64,000 bases of DNA from positions 10,106,001-10,170,000 of the forward strand of contig NC_043008.1 in assembly GCF_006345805.1 (NCBI RefSeq). The letters are read 5' to 3'. The notes under the pieces are model-generated. The model made no database searches and was not told where the DNA came from. It saw only the letters and a list, made by a program, of their open reading frames with translations. Origin of the DNA: Octopus sinensis (lineage: Eukaryota). A program made the position numbers and the translations under genes. Below are positions 25,796 through 37,841 of the stretch, piece after piece (the first letter of the stretch is position 1; each line of letters begins with the position of its first letter).

Positions 25796-25900
25796 GGAGG
25801 CGTAATGGCCCAGTGGTTAGGGCAGTGGAGTTGCGGTCATAGGATTGCACTTTCGATTCCTAGACCGAGCGTTGCAAGTGTTTATTGAGCAAAAACACCT
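25796..25900 (+). mobile_element. tRNA-derived SINE head related to 476-729
   Basis: Box A TGGCCCAGTGG, box B-like TTTCGATTCC, then TGAGCAAAAACAC; the downstream part differs from other copies. Confidence 0.65.
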
Positions 25901-26049
25901 AAAGCTCCATGAGGATCTGGCAGCGGGTGGTGGCAAACCCTGATGTACTCTTTTACCACAACTTTCTCTCACTCCTTCCTGTTTCTGACTGGCTCTATCT
26001 GGGTTTTTCACATCATCTCTCCTGTATGTGCCTTTGTTGCAGCTATAAT

Positions 26050-27290
26050 GTATATACTTTGCAAAAGCTTCTGATAAATTGGATCATGGTATGATATGCC
26101 ACAAATAGCGTGATCTTGGCATAGCTGAAAAGCTTGGAGAGTGGTTACATGACTTTCTGAAAGATAGAAGTCGGGCAGTAGTGGCCAATGGAGCCACCTC
26201 AATGAAAACACAAATAGTGAGCAATGTTCCACAGGGCACTGTCTTAGGATCACTGCTTTTCATAGTGGCCCTTTCAGATGTGCCCTCAACTGCCCGGATA
26301 GCCACCCTTGCTTAGCTACGCAGACGATACAAAAAATACCGAACCTCATGGATGTTGCACACCTGTAGCAGAAGTTGGACTCAATTTGCAGATGGGCTGA
26401 GGATAATAAAATGCGGTTTAATGCTGAAAAATTCCACCCCTGCGCTACCAGTATCCAAAACTGAATATAAAACTTACAAGGTACAATGGTCCACTGGGGA
26501 TTACAATCTCAGAGCCTAAATCAGTGAGGGACCTGGGTATCGACATGAGTGATGATACCTCTTTCCAAGTGCTTGTTACCAGGATGGTGACAAAGTGCAT
26601 ATGACTGGCTGGATGGATCCTGAGAACATTCAGAACCAGAGAGAAGGAAACTATGATGGTCCTCTGGTGGGCATTCGTCCTCAGCTGCCTGGATTACTGC
26701 TCACAGCTATGGTCACCCACTAGTGTGAAATTAACAGTGGACCTTGAAGCAATCCAGCATAGCTTCACAAAGAAGATCGTCTCTTTGCAACAGCTCGGCT
26801 ACTGGGAAAAGCTGAAACAGCTAAGACTCTACTCTCGGGAGCGAAGGCGGGAGAGGTATGCAGTAATATACATCTGGAAGATCTTGGAAGGAATTGTGCC
26901 AAATTTTGGCATTGAAAACTACATCAATGCCAGAATGGGTAGACACTGCACAGTGCCAAAGATCCCAGCAATTCCTTCGTGCTTCAGGACCAGTTACTGC
27001 AACAGCTTGGGTTTCAGGGTCCCATAGCTTTGTAATATTCTCCTAAAGAGCCTGAGGGACCAACACAAAGTGGACGTAGGTGTTTTCAAATTAAAACCGG
27101 ACTCCTTCCTGTCAAGAGTCCCAGATGAACCTACCTCACGGCAAGAGATACAAATGAGGATAGCGACATTAAACTCCCTTATTCTCCAAATGCCACATAT
27201 TAGAGGAGGCTTTCAATAATAACAGTGTAGCAAAATGGCAGTACCCCGGCGCATGGCAACAGCCCTGAGCTGAAACTAAAGAAGAAACAA
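26050..27290 (+). pseudogene. 5'-truncated CR1/L2-group LINE: RT domain, C-terminus and 3' UTR
   Basis: FAKASDKLDHG...VPQGTVLGSLLF (PQG 26229-26237), YADD at 26317-26328, LSCLDYCSQLWSP, ERRRERYAVIYIWKILEGIVPN; several stops and frameshifts; tail GGCAGTACCCC...GCATGGCAACAGCCCTGAGCTGAAACTA. Confidence 0.9.
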
Positions 27291-27914
27291 ATTATATATA
27301 TATGTATGTGTAGTTAGATTAAATAGTATTCTAAATTATGGAAGCACACTCTCTTATAATATTGTAGTAATCATTTGTGAAATTGGTCTCGGTTACCCAA
27401 CATAAGTACCTGTATTGCAGTGTGTGTATATAACAGGGAAATAGTGTATATTTTTCGGTTGAAGTTTTTCAGAAAGAGAAAAGTAAGAACTGGCATTTAT
27501 CTTCATTTAATATACAATCAATTTGATTCAAGCGATTTTTATATTTCAAATTTCATTAATGTCAACCATAAAAAAAAGAAATTATTCCTGTATCGTTTAT
27601 ATAAATATCATTTGGGGGGGGGGGGTTGTAATTTTCTGGTTTTTGTTTGGTTTTTTTCTTTTTTCTTTTTTTTTCTTTTTTGTCAATTTGGCAGTGTTTG
27701 TGTTTTGAGGGAGAAGCGAAAACGGTTTAGCATTATTTTGGTATGTTAAGAGGCAGAGGATAAAAATAACTATCTCCAGGCAGCAGAAATCATATTTATC
27801 ATCACACTTACATACACACTTATCTACACACATGCACACACTCACACAAGCACACATTTATGCACCCACTCTTACACACAACATACATACATACATACAT
27901 ATATATATATATTA

Positions 27915-28047
27915 TCCAGCTGTAGAAACTCTGCCAAATCAAGATTGGAGCCTGGTGTAGCCATCTGGTTCTCCAGCCCTCAGTGAAAATCGTCCAACCC
28001 ATGCTAGCATGGAAAGCGGACGTTAAACGATGATGATGATGATGATG
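27915..28047 (+). mobile_element. 5'-truncated (GAT)n-tailed retroposon
   Basis: Family 3' end preceded by (TA)n. Confidence 0.8.
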
Positions 28048-28650
28048 AAAGTTGTAGAGATACACACACTTGATAATAATAGTGACAAAAAAATATAAAT
28101 AAAATCCTAGTGCAACCAATTAGAATGAACTGGATTTAGACCTTGGTGTGTATATTACAATATTTAATCATTAGTTTACCATCAAAATTTGACCATTCCA
28201 TGGTTCCTTGATTTTTCATCAGCATCTGTCCCTAGATTTTTCAGTATTTTGTTTTGATTGCTTATGAAACTAATCAAACACACAGACACCAGAATCTATG
28301 ATTCCGATAAGCTTTATCTAAATATTGTTTTTTTTTTTTGGTAATCATTTATGTGAAATATGCATTTTAAAAGTTTCTAATGCATTCTGAACCAGGTTGA
28401 AAGGGCTGAAGACAGACACTTTCTTCTTTTGGTCAAGCCCTCATCAACTTTTTCGAGTTTCGCTTGAAAAGGAAAGTGAGGATAGAGAGGGAAGAGATGC
28501 CCTCCAGTAATTTTGTTAAAAGGTGGGTGAACATAGCACAAATGGCCCCAGTGAATGGGCCTACTCTAAGCATGCACCTGTAGATCAAGGGTAGATGAAG
28601 TGGAGAGGGCACTTGCCCTAGAGATCAGGGCAATTGTAGTTTTGGGGGAT

Positions 28651-29000
28651 TTATTACCTCTGTCTTAGCAAAGGTATTGTTTTTATGGTTGTTTGTTTGT
28701 CCATGAACAATATATCTCAAGAACCACTGGATGGATTCTACTGAAACTTTTGGGGATGAGTGGCATGAACTGATTAGATTTTGGGATCGATCTAGTACCA
28801 GACAAGGATTCTGGATTATTTTTCCTGTTTTTTTTTTTAAATTTAATTTTTGAGAGCAGTCAGGTTCTTTTTAGTGTTCTCTTTTGTGAGAGCAGTCGAG
28901 TTTATTTCAGATATTCTCATTTTAAAAACCATCTCTGGCTAATCATTGAGAGGAGGTTGGTGTTGCCTTGGCAGAGGTTTGCACTTTCTGAGTGCTCGTT
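28651..29000 (+). mobile_element. Helentron/HINE-like non-autonomous element
   Basis: 5' TTATTACCTCTG, (GTTT)n region, 3' subterminal inverted repeat CCTTGGCAGAGGT, then short hairpin GCACTTTCTGAGTGC and T-rich end; this is the HINE layout. Confidence 0.6.
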
Positions 29001-29138
29001 ATAATTTTTATTGATTTTACCTTTGTACTCAATTAAATTAAAAGACGATTAAAATCTTTTTTCTGTGTTGTGCTGTCCTGTGCTATCCCCAGTAAACCTT
29101 CAATGGTGAATAAAGAAAAGAAGATTATCATTATTATT

Positions 29139-29362
29139 AAGGCAGTGAGCTGGCAGAAACGTTAGCACGCCGGGCGAAATGCGTAGCCGTTTACCATTAC
29201 ATTCTGAGTTCAAATTCCGCCGAGGTCGACTTTGCCTTTCATCCTTTCGGGGTCTATAAATTAAGTACCAGTTACGCACCGGGGTCGATCTAATCGACTT
29301 AATCCGTTTGTCTGTCCTTGTTTGTCCCCTCTATGTTTAGCCCCTTGTGGGTAATAAAGAAA
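29139..29362 (+). mobile_element. Nin/Deu-like tRNA SINE monomer (a second partial copy follows to ~29556)
   Basis: AAGGCAGTGAGCTGGCAGAAACGTTAGCACGCCGGGCGAAATGC head, box B and family tail. Confidence 0.85.
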
Positions 29363-30351
29363 CAGAATCATTGGCACACTGGACGAAATGCTTAAGAATA
29401 TTTCATACGTCTTTACGTTCTGAGTTAAAATTCCGCCGAGGTCAGCTTTGCCTTTCATCCTTTCAAGATCGATAAAATAAGTACCAGTTACACACTGGAG
29501 TTGACGTAATCGACTCATCTCCACTCCTTCAAGCTGCCCTTGTGGCGAAAATTTGAAATAATTGTTGTAATTCTTTGGTCTCGTAAGAATTATATTATTC
29601 TCGAAACTTTAGTGTTATTACCTCTAAAAGAAAAAAGAAAAAAAACAAGCATTCGTAATCTGCAGTTTCGCTGTTTGTTTGTTAACTAATCAGAAACACT
29701 ATCTCCAAAATCATTGGCAAACCACTGTCTTTCTCGTTCTCACCATTTTTTGAGATAAGATTCCCCACCTTCTCTCCAACTCTATCTCTTCTGGCTTGTT
29801 CTTGCGATGATGACGATGATAATAATAATGGTGATGATGATAATGGTAACTCCCCCCCCCTGCCTCTCACCACCATTCCTACTCGTCAACAACAGAATTT
29901 TATACTCTTCTGACGATGATAACTTAACGATGAAGTCAATCTTATCTCTCTGCCCCCCCCCACTCTCTCTCTCTCTCTGCTTACTTTCCCTCTCTTTAAA
30001 CTTCGCTCATAATTTCTTTACTCTCTCTCTCTCTTTCACCATTCTCCCCTCATATTCTTCACAATGCCTAGTCTGTTGCTCTTGCTGCTGCTACTACTAC
30101 TACTGCTGCTGCTTACCATTGTTGCTGTTATTTATTTCCTACATAGCAGCACTTCTTTTTCTTTGTCATGCACCAACACAGAACCAGTTACCATGTTGAG
30201 AAATTCTACTACTGCTATTATTGCTTCTAATAAACCCTGGATGTGTGTATATCCCATTTGGAATATTGTAAATAAACACACAAGTGTGCGAGTCTGGGAT
30301 ATTTTTTAAAGGAATATATTCTTTCATTATATATATATATTTACATAGTGT

Positions 30352-30382
<31 letters not shown>

Positions 30383-30524
30383 GTATACACACACACACAC
30401 ACGTATACACATATAATTTCGAACCACATTAATATAATATGATGGACAAAGGGAAACAGAACACCAAATGAAAGTGAAAGGAAGGCGCTCATTTTTGTTA
30501 ACTAATGTATTGTATACGTGTAGT

Positions 30525-31289
30525 GTTGTTTAGCATGGTCAGGCGAAATGCTTAGCGATATTTCGTCTGCTGTTACGTTCTGAGTTCAAATTCCGCCGAG
30601 GTTGACTTTGCCTTTCATCCTTTCGGGATCGATAAATTAAGTACCAGTTACGCACCGGGGTCGATGTAATCGACTTAATCCGTTTGTCTGTCCTTGTTTG
30701 TCCTCTCTGTGTTTAGCCCCTTGTGGGTAGTAAAGAAATAGGTATTTCATCAGCCGTTACGTTCTGAGTTCAAATTCCGCCTAGGTCGACTTTGCCGTTC
30801 ATCCTTTCCGGGTCGATTAAATAAGTACCAGTTACGCACTGGGGTCGATGTAATCGACTTAATCCGTTTGTCTGTCCTTGTTTGTCCCCTTATTGTGTTT
30901 AGCCCCTTGTGGGTAATAAAGAAATAGGTATTTCGTCTGCCGTTACGTTCTGAGTTTAAATTCTGCCGAGGTCGACTTTGCCTTTCATCCTTTCGGGGTC
31001 GATAAATTAAGTACCAGTTACGCACCGGGGTCGATCTAATCGACTTAATCCGTTTGTCTGTCCTTGTTTGTCCTCTCTGTGTTTAGCCCCTTGTGGGTAG
31101 TAAAGAAATAGAAATAGGTATTTCGTCTGCCGCTACGTTCTGAGTTCAAATTCCGCCGATGTCGACTTTGCCTTTCATCCTTTCAGGGTCGATAAATTAA
31201 GTACCAATTGCGTACTGGGGTCGATCTAATCGACTGGCCCCCTCCCCTCAAATTTCAGGCCTTGTGCCTAGATTAGAAAAGATTATTAC
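30525..31289 (+). mobile_element. Head-to-tail tetramer of the Nin/Deu-like SINE
   Basis: Units start at 30558, 30742, 30928 and 31118 with junction GAAATAG|GTATTTC; the last unit has an alternative tail (CCCCCTCCCC...GGCCTTGTGCC). Confidence 0.9.
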
Positions 31290-31611
31290 TTGTGTTATTA
31301 TACTAAAGTTGATTTCGTAGAGGTTTTGTATTTCAATGGCTTTCCTATCTCTCGTGAAGAAAACCTTCGGTTAAAAAGAAGAAAAACAAAATTAAAATGT
31401 TGAAACGAAATAAATCAATTGCATATCAATAATTAGTACAATTATTGTTGATTGTTGACGATTTTTGCTGATTGTTAACCATTATTTGTTATCTTTTCGC
31501 TTTCAGTCGGTAGTTTGTTTCAATTTATCCTCCGCCATATTTGTACAAAGTTCGAAAGATCGATACATACATACACACATATATATATATAATGTGTGTG
31601 TGTGTGTATAT

Positions 31612-32100
31612 ACTCTTTAATACTTTAACTAGTGTCAGCCCTAAACTTGCGGCCATGCTGGTGCACCATCTTTGGCTTTACTACACCCTCGGTGTTTGGA
31701 ATCTCCTCTGATATGTGGCATTTGGTGAATGAAGGAGTTTGATGCTGCTGTCCTCATCTGCGTTTCCTGCCATGAGGTAAGCTCATCCGAAATCCTTGAC
31801 AGGAGATCCAGTTTTGTTTTGAAGACACATCCACACCATGCAGGTCTCCCAAGCTTTGGGAAAGGATATTGTAGAAGTGTGGGGCCTTGAAACCCAAGCT
31901 ATTGCAGTATCTGGTCCTGTATCTTGATGGCAATGTTGGGTTCCTTGGTGTTACACAGTGGCACCCCATTTTGCTGTTTGTGTAATTTTCAATGCCAAGG
32001 TTTGGTACAATTCCTTCTTCCAGGATCTTCCAGATGTATATCACTGCATATCTTTCCCACCTTCATTCCAGGGAGTAGTGTCTTAACTTTTTCAGCCATT
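31612..32100 (-). pseudogene. 3' fragment of the CR1/L2-group LINE
   Basis: IYIWKILEEGIVPNLGIENY...RTRYCNSLGFKAP matches the 26.9-kb copy; tail GGTGCACCAGCATGGCCGCAAG. Confidence 0.8.
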
Positions 32101-32420
32101 AATATTATTGTTGTTGTTCATTTATTCAAATTCTGCCATGGCCAACTTAGCCCGTCATCCTTTTAGGGTTGATCAAATAAGTACCAGTTGAACACTGGGG
32201 TCAATGTAATCAGCTCCTCCAAAACTGTTGGCCTTGTGCCAAAATTTGAAACCAATATTATTGTTATTTTTATTACTTAAGGCAATGAACTGACAGAATT
32301 GTTAGGGAATCAGAAAAAATGTCCTGTTGCATTTGTTCTGGCTCTTTATGTTCTGAGTTCAAATCTGAGATTAGCTTTTTCTTTCATCATTCAGGTTGGC
32401 AATCAACCAAAAAAGTGAGG

Positions 32421-32760
32421 CAATACAGTTCTATATTTAAGAGATGAGGAACTATTTACATTATTTACATTTGACGGATATTTGTCCTCATCTTGTTTGT
32501 TGTTAACACAACATTTTGGCTGATACACCCTCCACCATTCATCAGGTGTCTTGGGGAAATTTCAAACCTGGGTTCTCATTCCTAAGGTATTTTTCAATGT
32601 TATCATTATTATTATTCAGATCACTGCCTGGAATCGAACTCGGAATCTTGGAGTTAGTAGCCTTGCGCTCTTAACCACTATACCATATGCCCGCGGGCAA
32701 TTATGGAGTGAATTTTAGAGCTACTAACCCCAAGATTCTAAGTTCGATTCCCGGCAGTGA

Positions 32761-32791
<31 letters not shown>

Positions 32792-32946
32792 GATAATAAT
32801 ATTGAAAAATACCTTAGGAATGAGAACCCTGGTTCGAAATTTCCCCAAGACACCTGATGAAGGCTGGAGAATATATCAGCTGAAATGTGTTAACAACAAA
32901 CAAGATGAGGACAAATATCCGTCAAATGTAAATAATGTAACTAATG
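32421..32946. mobile_element. Head-to-head dimer of a tRNA-headed SINE carrying a hammerhead-like motif
   Basis: Minus copy ~32421-32692 and plus copy ~32693-32946 meet at the palindrome GCCCGCGGGC; hammerhead-like motifs at 32506-32549 (-) and 32850-32890 (+); one TSD CAAAAAAGTGAGG at 32408-32420 and 32947-32959. Confidence 0.85.
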
Positions 32947-33500
32947 CAAAAAAGTGAGGGTTCATATATTTGGATTGTCTTCTGCTTGGGGCTATGACTA
33001 AAGAAAGTGGTGAGCTTAGTATCTTACTGCTTGCTCTCTCTCACCAGAAAAAGGATGATAGAGTAGTTTTTATGACCAAGAAAGCCATGAAATGAGTTTA
33101 GTATCTTACCACATAAGCCAATTGAGATAATCCCTTGTGATTAAGGAAAGCTAATTTGTTTGATCATCTGAAAATGAATGGATTAGATAGATAGTCCAAC
33201 TAGAGATGGAAGTGTAGTGTCTTCTTATTTAGCTCCAGATTAGAAAACTTACTTTGTATTAGTCTCTTGAGTGACTAGGTGTGATCTACAGTTTTGTTGT
33301 TTCAGATATGCTCTTCTCCATCTTGATCCAGTAAGGTAGCCTCAATGCAGTTGCTGGACCTGTTAGAAATATCAGCCACCGGTCCCTCAAAGTACTTACT
33401 GTTGTCCTTAAAAAACAAAGAGAAAGTTATATTGTCTAATACATTTTTAGTCTGGGTGTTCGCGGCTTGAGCAGCAGACAAATATTTGATGCTATATGGT

Positions 33501-34232
33501 AGACCCCCTTCGGTCATGAATGACCATGGGATTGCACCTAGGAAAATTACCCTCCGAGGTACAAGTCCGAGCAAGGTTGTTTATGGAAGACCAGCAGTCG
33601 CCCATGCATACCAGCCTCCCCTCACCACACCACCAGTGTTATCCAAGGGAAAGGTAAAGGGGCCGATACAGCTTGGCACCAGTGATGTTGCAACTCATTT
33701 CTACAGCTGAATTAACTGGAGCAACGTGAAATTAAGTGTCTTGCTCAAGAACACAACACACAGCCCACACATAGGCACAGGAGTGGCTGTGTGGTAAGTA
33801 GTATGCTTACCAACCACATGGTTCCGGGTTCAGTCCCACTGCGTGGCACCTTGGGCAAGTGTCTTCTGCTACAGCCTCGTGCCGACCAAAGCCTTGTGAG
33901 TGGATTTGGTAGACGGAAACTGAAAGAAGCCTGTCGTATATATGTATATATATGTGTGTGTCTGTGTTTGTCTCCCTAGCATTGCTTGACAACCGATGCT
34001 GGTGTGTTTATGTCCCCGTCACTTAGCGGTTCGACAAAAAGAGACCGATAGAATAAGTACTGGGCTTACAAAGAATAAGTCCCGGGGTCGAGTTGCTCGA
34101 CTAAAGGCGGTGCTCCAGCATGGCCGCAGTCAAATGACTGAAACAAGTTAAAAAGAGCCCGATCCGGGAATCGAACTCACAACCTCACGATTGTAAGCTC
34201 GACGCTCTAACCACTGAGCCATGCGCCTTCAC
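33501..34232 (-). mobile_element. tRNA-derived SINE interrupted by a CORE-type SINE
   Basis: Head (box A TGGCTCAGTGG, box B GTTCGATTCC) at ~34157-34232; body and tail at 33501-33766; colinear with 6621-6931. Confidence 0.85.
33772..34156 (+). mobile_element. CORE-type tRNA SINE, full length
   Basis: GGAGTGGCTGTGTGGTAAG head, GGTTCAGTCCC box B, CCTTGGGCAAGTGTCTT CORE-like block, internal (TA)/(TG), tail GGCGGTGCTCCAGCATGGCCGCAGTCAAATGACTGAAACAAGT. Compatible with published octopus CORE-SINEs but not assigned to a named family. Confidence 0.85.
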
Positions 34233-34623
34233 ACATGGTGCCATATAAGGCTACACCAAAAAGGGTTAATCAACAGCAAAAACAAACAACCAGATCTTTT
34301 AATCACAACATACCAGTGGCTAAGATAGTCTGGAATACATTATATCTGAAGACAGACACAGTTCTCATAGCTGTGACTCTAGTTCAATGGAGAAAATAAA
34401 ACAAACCGTGTAAAACAGGTTTGGGTGAGTGAATGAGATTGTGGTGAAATTCGCCACAAGTGTAGCACATTCTATTGTGTTCTATGCTGGGCATTGTTGA
34501 CTGTGATAAGCCAATGTCAGTCCTTCCTTTAATCATGATACCAGGGCTAAACAGCGGCTCTTTTAACTGTTGAGGTTTTACATACCCTGTGCATATCATT
34601 GCAACGACCATGCTTGGAATCTG

Positions 34624-35104
34624 ACTCTTTTACTTGTTTCGGTCGTTTGACTGTTGTAGCCATGCTGGAGCAACGCCCTTTAGTCGAGCAAATCAACCCC
34701 CAGGGCTTATTCTTTTGTAAGCCTAGTACTTATTCTATCGGTCTCTTTTGCCGAACCGCTAAGTTACGGGGACGTAAACACACCAGCATCGGTTGTCAAG
34801 CGATGTTGGGGGGACAAGCACAGACACACAAACACACACATATATATATATACATATACAGACCCCAGTTGAACCGTCCAACCCATGCTAGCATGGAAAG
34901 CGGACGTTAAACGATGATGATGATGATGAGGATATATATGACGGGCTTCTTTCAGTTTCTGTCTACCAAATCCACTCACAAGGCTTTGGTCGGCCCGAAG
35001 CTATAGTAGAAAACACTTGCCCAAGGTGCCACGCAGTGGAACTGAACCCGGAACCATGTGGTTGGTAAGCAAGCTACTTACCACACAGCCACTCCCTGCG
35101 CCTA
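34624..35104 (-). mobile_element. CORE-type SINE with a nested truncated (GAT)n retroposon at 34861-34929
   Basis: Reverse complement of 33772-34156; the insert sits in the internal (TA)n. Confidence 0.85.
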
Positions 35105-35659
35105 ATAATACTGATAATTTATTCCAGGTTTTTTCCTAGTTTCACTTGCTAGAATACCAGGTTTTTCCCAGTTTCACTTTTCTATTTGGGAAAAGCCAAA
35201 GAGGAATTTTGGTTTTACTTTCTTTTGTATGGTTTTTCAGTAATGGTCGATGATTGATGTGCTGCAGTTTTTTAAAAATATAGTTAAAACTTTAGAAAAT
35301 CAATATTAAATGCTTGAAAATCAATAACTGAATGCTTGGTCATCATGAAAAGTGTGTTATTCATCATTTTGTTATACACTGGTATAATTGATGAAACAAT
35401 ATAAGAAAAATGTCTGTATTTTTTTTTCTGTTTTTTAGTTTAAAACAGTTTTTTTGTTTCTTAAATTTGTTTAAAATATTAAGGAAAAAGAACTTTAACA
35501 TCATAGTCCTTTCAACTGTAGGCACAGGGCCTGAAATTTTGGAGGAGGGGGGTACTTGATTACATTGACCGCAGTGCTCAACTGGTACTCATTTCATTGA
35601 CCTCGGAATGATGAAAGACAAAGTTGACCTCAGTGGAATTTGAACTCAGAACATAGAGA

Positions 35660-35942
35660 TAGGCGTAGGAGTGGCTGTGTGGCAAGTAGCTTGCTTACCA
35701 ACCACATGGTCCCGGGTTCAGTCCCACTGTGTGGCACCTTGGGCAAGTGTCTTCTACTATAGCCTCGGGTCAACCAAAGCCTTGTGAGTGGATTTGGTAG
35801 ATGGAAACTGAAAGAAGCCTATCATGTGTGTATGTATGTATATATATATATGTTTGTGTGTCTGAGTCTGTCTCCCCAACATCGCTTGACAACCGATGCT
35901 GGTGTGTTTATGTCCCTGTAACTTAGTGGTTCGGCAAAAGAG
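35660..35942 (+). mobile_element. CORE-type SINE, 3'-truncated
   Basis: Colinear with 33772 up to GGTTCGGCAAAAGAG. Confidence 0.85.
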
Positions 35943-36399
35943 TGTGTATCTCTCTGGCCACTCTGAGTCAATTTCTTTTAGGTCATCTTTGCTTCAAGCA
36001 TGCAAACGACCTAGGTCACGAATGTGTCTTTTTTTTTTTTTTTTTAAATATATCTAAGTGTCCACCGGAGCTAAGGTAGGACAACTGCTATACTGATACA
36101 CCTAATAAGACAAAAATCCAAGCCCACAGCTCTTTCCTTGTTTCCAAACAATCTGACTTACTTTTCCTTAATCTTGAAGAATTGTTGATGCTTGACTTCA
36201 CCTCCTCCTCTCATTAGGGAGTTGTTGCCATTTGCCATAATGTGTGTGTTCTACTCTCTTCTGTAAACAAGGATAATTTCAATGAATCCAGTATTTTCTA
36301 TATTGTTTTGATATGCCATTTATTTGTCTTTGTGTTATTTCCCTTACTTTTCATTTCGCATGCAAGTGTGTGTGGGTTTGGCTTTGTAGCTATCTCTTG

Positions 36400-36720
36400 C
36401 TCTTGTCTCTTGAGACAGCATTCACCCGGGGTGGGTGGGTTGAGCTGGCTTCATTCATCCTCAATGCTGCATCTCTCACAAACGCCGACCAGGCCTGGCA
36501 ATTTGAGGCTAATGACCGCATGATCTCCAACCACTCCTTATCCCAGTGGTGAACGCCGTAGATATGGGGGCTAGGTTGGGTTCCAGATCAGCCTTGACTG
36601 TCATCAGCCAGGTTTTTCGTTGTCCACCACATTGCTTTTGCCAACCCTGAAGGGGAGCTGGGGCAATTGCTTCATAGATGAATTCTCCTGGTTGACTTCT
36701 CCTTGTAGCTATGAAGTTCC
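36400..36720 (-). pseudogene. C-terminal fragment of another RTE-clade LINE
   Basis: PAPLQGWQKQCGGQRKTWLMTVKADLEPNL, frameshift, then IYGVHHWDKEWLEIMRSLASNCQAWSAFVRDA. Confidence 0.65.
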
Positions 36721-37841
36721 CTTTGCAACATCATCGTTCCAGGTTCAATACCACTGCACACAGAATCTTGGCCAAGGGTTTTCATCTATAGCCTCTGACT
36801 GACCAATGTCTTCTAGGAGAATTTGCTTAATGGAAATTGTAGAAAGGCAATTGGATATGTGTGTGTGCATGTCCATATTAGCATTCCACAAATTTACTTG
36901 AATGAAGCAATGTTGTGTTCAGAGTTGTTGTTGTTGTTGTTGACATTATGACCAGTCACTGTGGAGTAAGAAACCCCTTAAGGATGGCCAACAGGAAGAG
37001 CATCCAACCATGAAATCCTGCCTGAAATATGTTGTCATCCAATCCATAATACCATGGAAAAATTGATATTAGATAAACAGACAACCATACAAATATGTTT
37101 AGAAACATCCTTATGCTTCTTTTGGACAAAACAAAATGCCTTTTGTATGATACATTGTTTTAACAATACACATGCACACAGCTGTTTGCACCATGTGTCT
37201 ATATATACACATCTGTGTGTGTGTGTGTGTGTAGCCCCTGCAAACCTGAAAAATTATTTTGACTTTTTGTAGAAATAAGCTATGAATAGACTGCACTTGA
37301 TAACCTCAGCTGCTTATGTAGTAAGAAGAATGCATAACTAAAAAAATAGTATAGAGAGGGGGGGAAGGAGAGAGAGAGAGAGAAATATTATTTTTTTTTG
37401 TGTGTTAGTGTGTGTGTGAGTAAGAGAGAGAGAGTGAATCTGTGTGTGAGTTTTGTTTTCTGCCAGTTGTTCAGCTATGCTTTCTAATACTTTATGACAA
37501 CAATAACAGTGTATTTAAACATCATTCTGTTCTGATGGAAACCATTCTATATCATGTTAATAAAACCAACTGCCATTTAAAACCATTCCAGTAGAATTAT
37601 CCTTTGCACTAACTTCACTTATTAGTTACTAGCTCTGTTACACCCACATCACTCTGCATCATAGATCAGTGCTCTAACATATGTTATCACATCTCTCTCA
37701 GTTACTGATTTACAAAGAATGGACACGTTGCATAATACAATCCTAATGAAATTGTTTAAATAAAAAAACTGAATAGCCATGGCTAGAGTGTCTTATATCA
37801 TAGTTCTCCAATCATGGTTCATTCGGAGGTCAAATAACATC

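Noticed and set aside
10337-25888. Long ORFs rich in IYLS, CVYIY, HTHI or SLSL
   Set aside because: They are translations of (GATA)n, (TA)n/(TG)n and (GA)n microsatellites, which lack stop codons by composition.
28410-28460. TTGATGAGGGC...ACCAAAA on the minus strand, hammerhead-like
   Set aside because: Both core segments are mutated and stems I and III are not recoverable.
19364-31289. Regularly spaced repeats resembling a CRISPR array or hammerhead retrozymes
   Set aside because: Units are ~184-bp SINE bodies with no unique spacers, the DNA is eukaryotic, and I found no CTGANGA/GAAA core on either strand.
34330-34385. CTGAAGA followed by a CACAG/CTGTG stem
   Set aside because: No GAAA or NUH follows, so hammerhead topology is incomplete.
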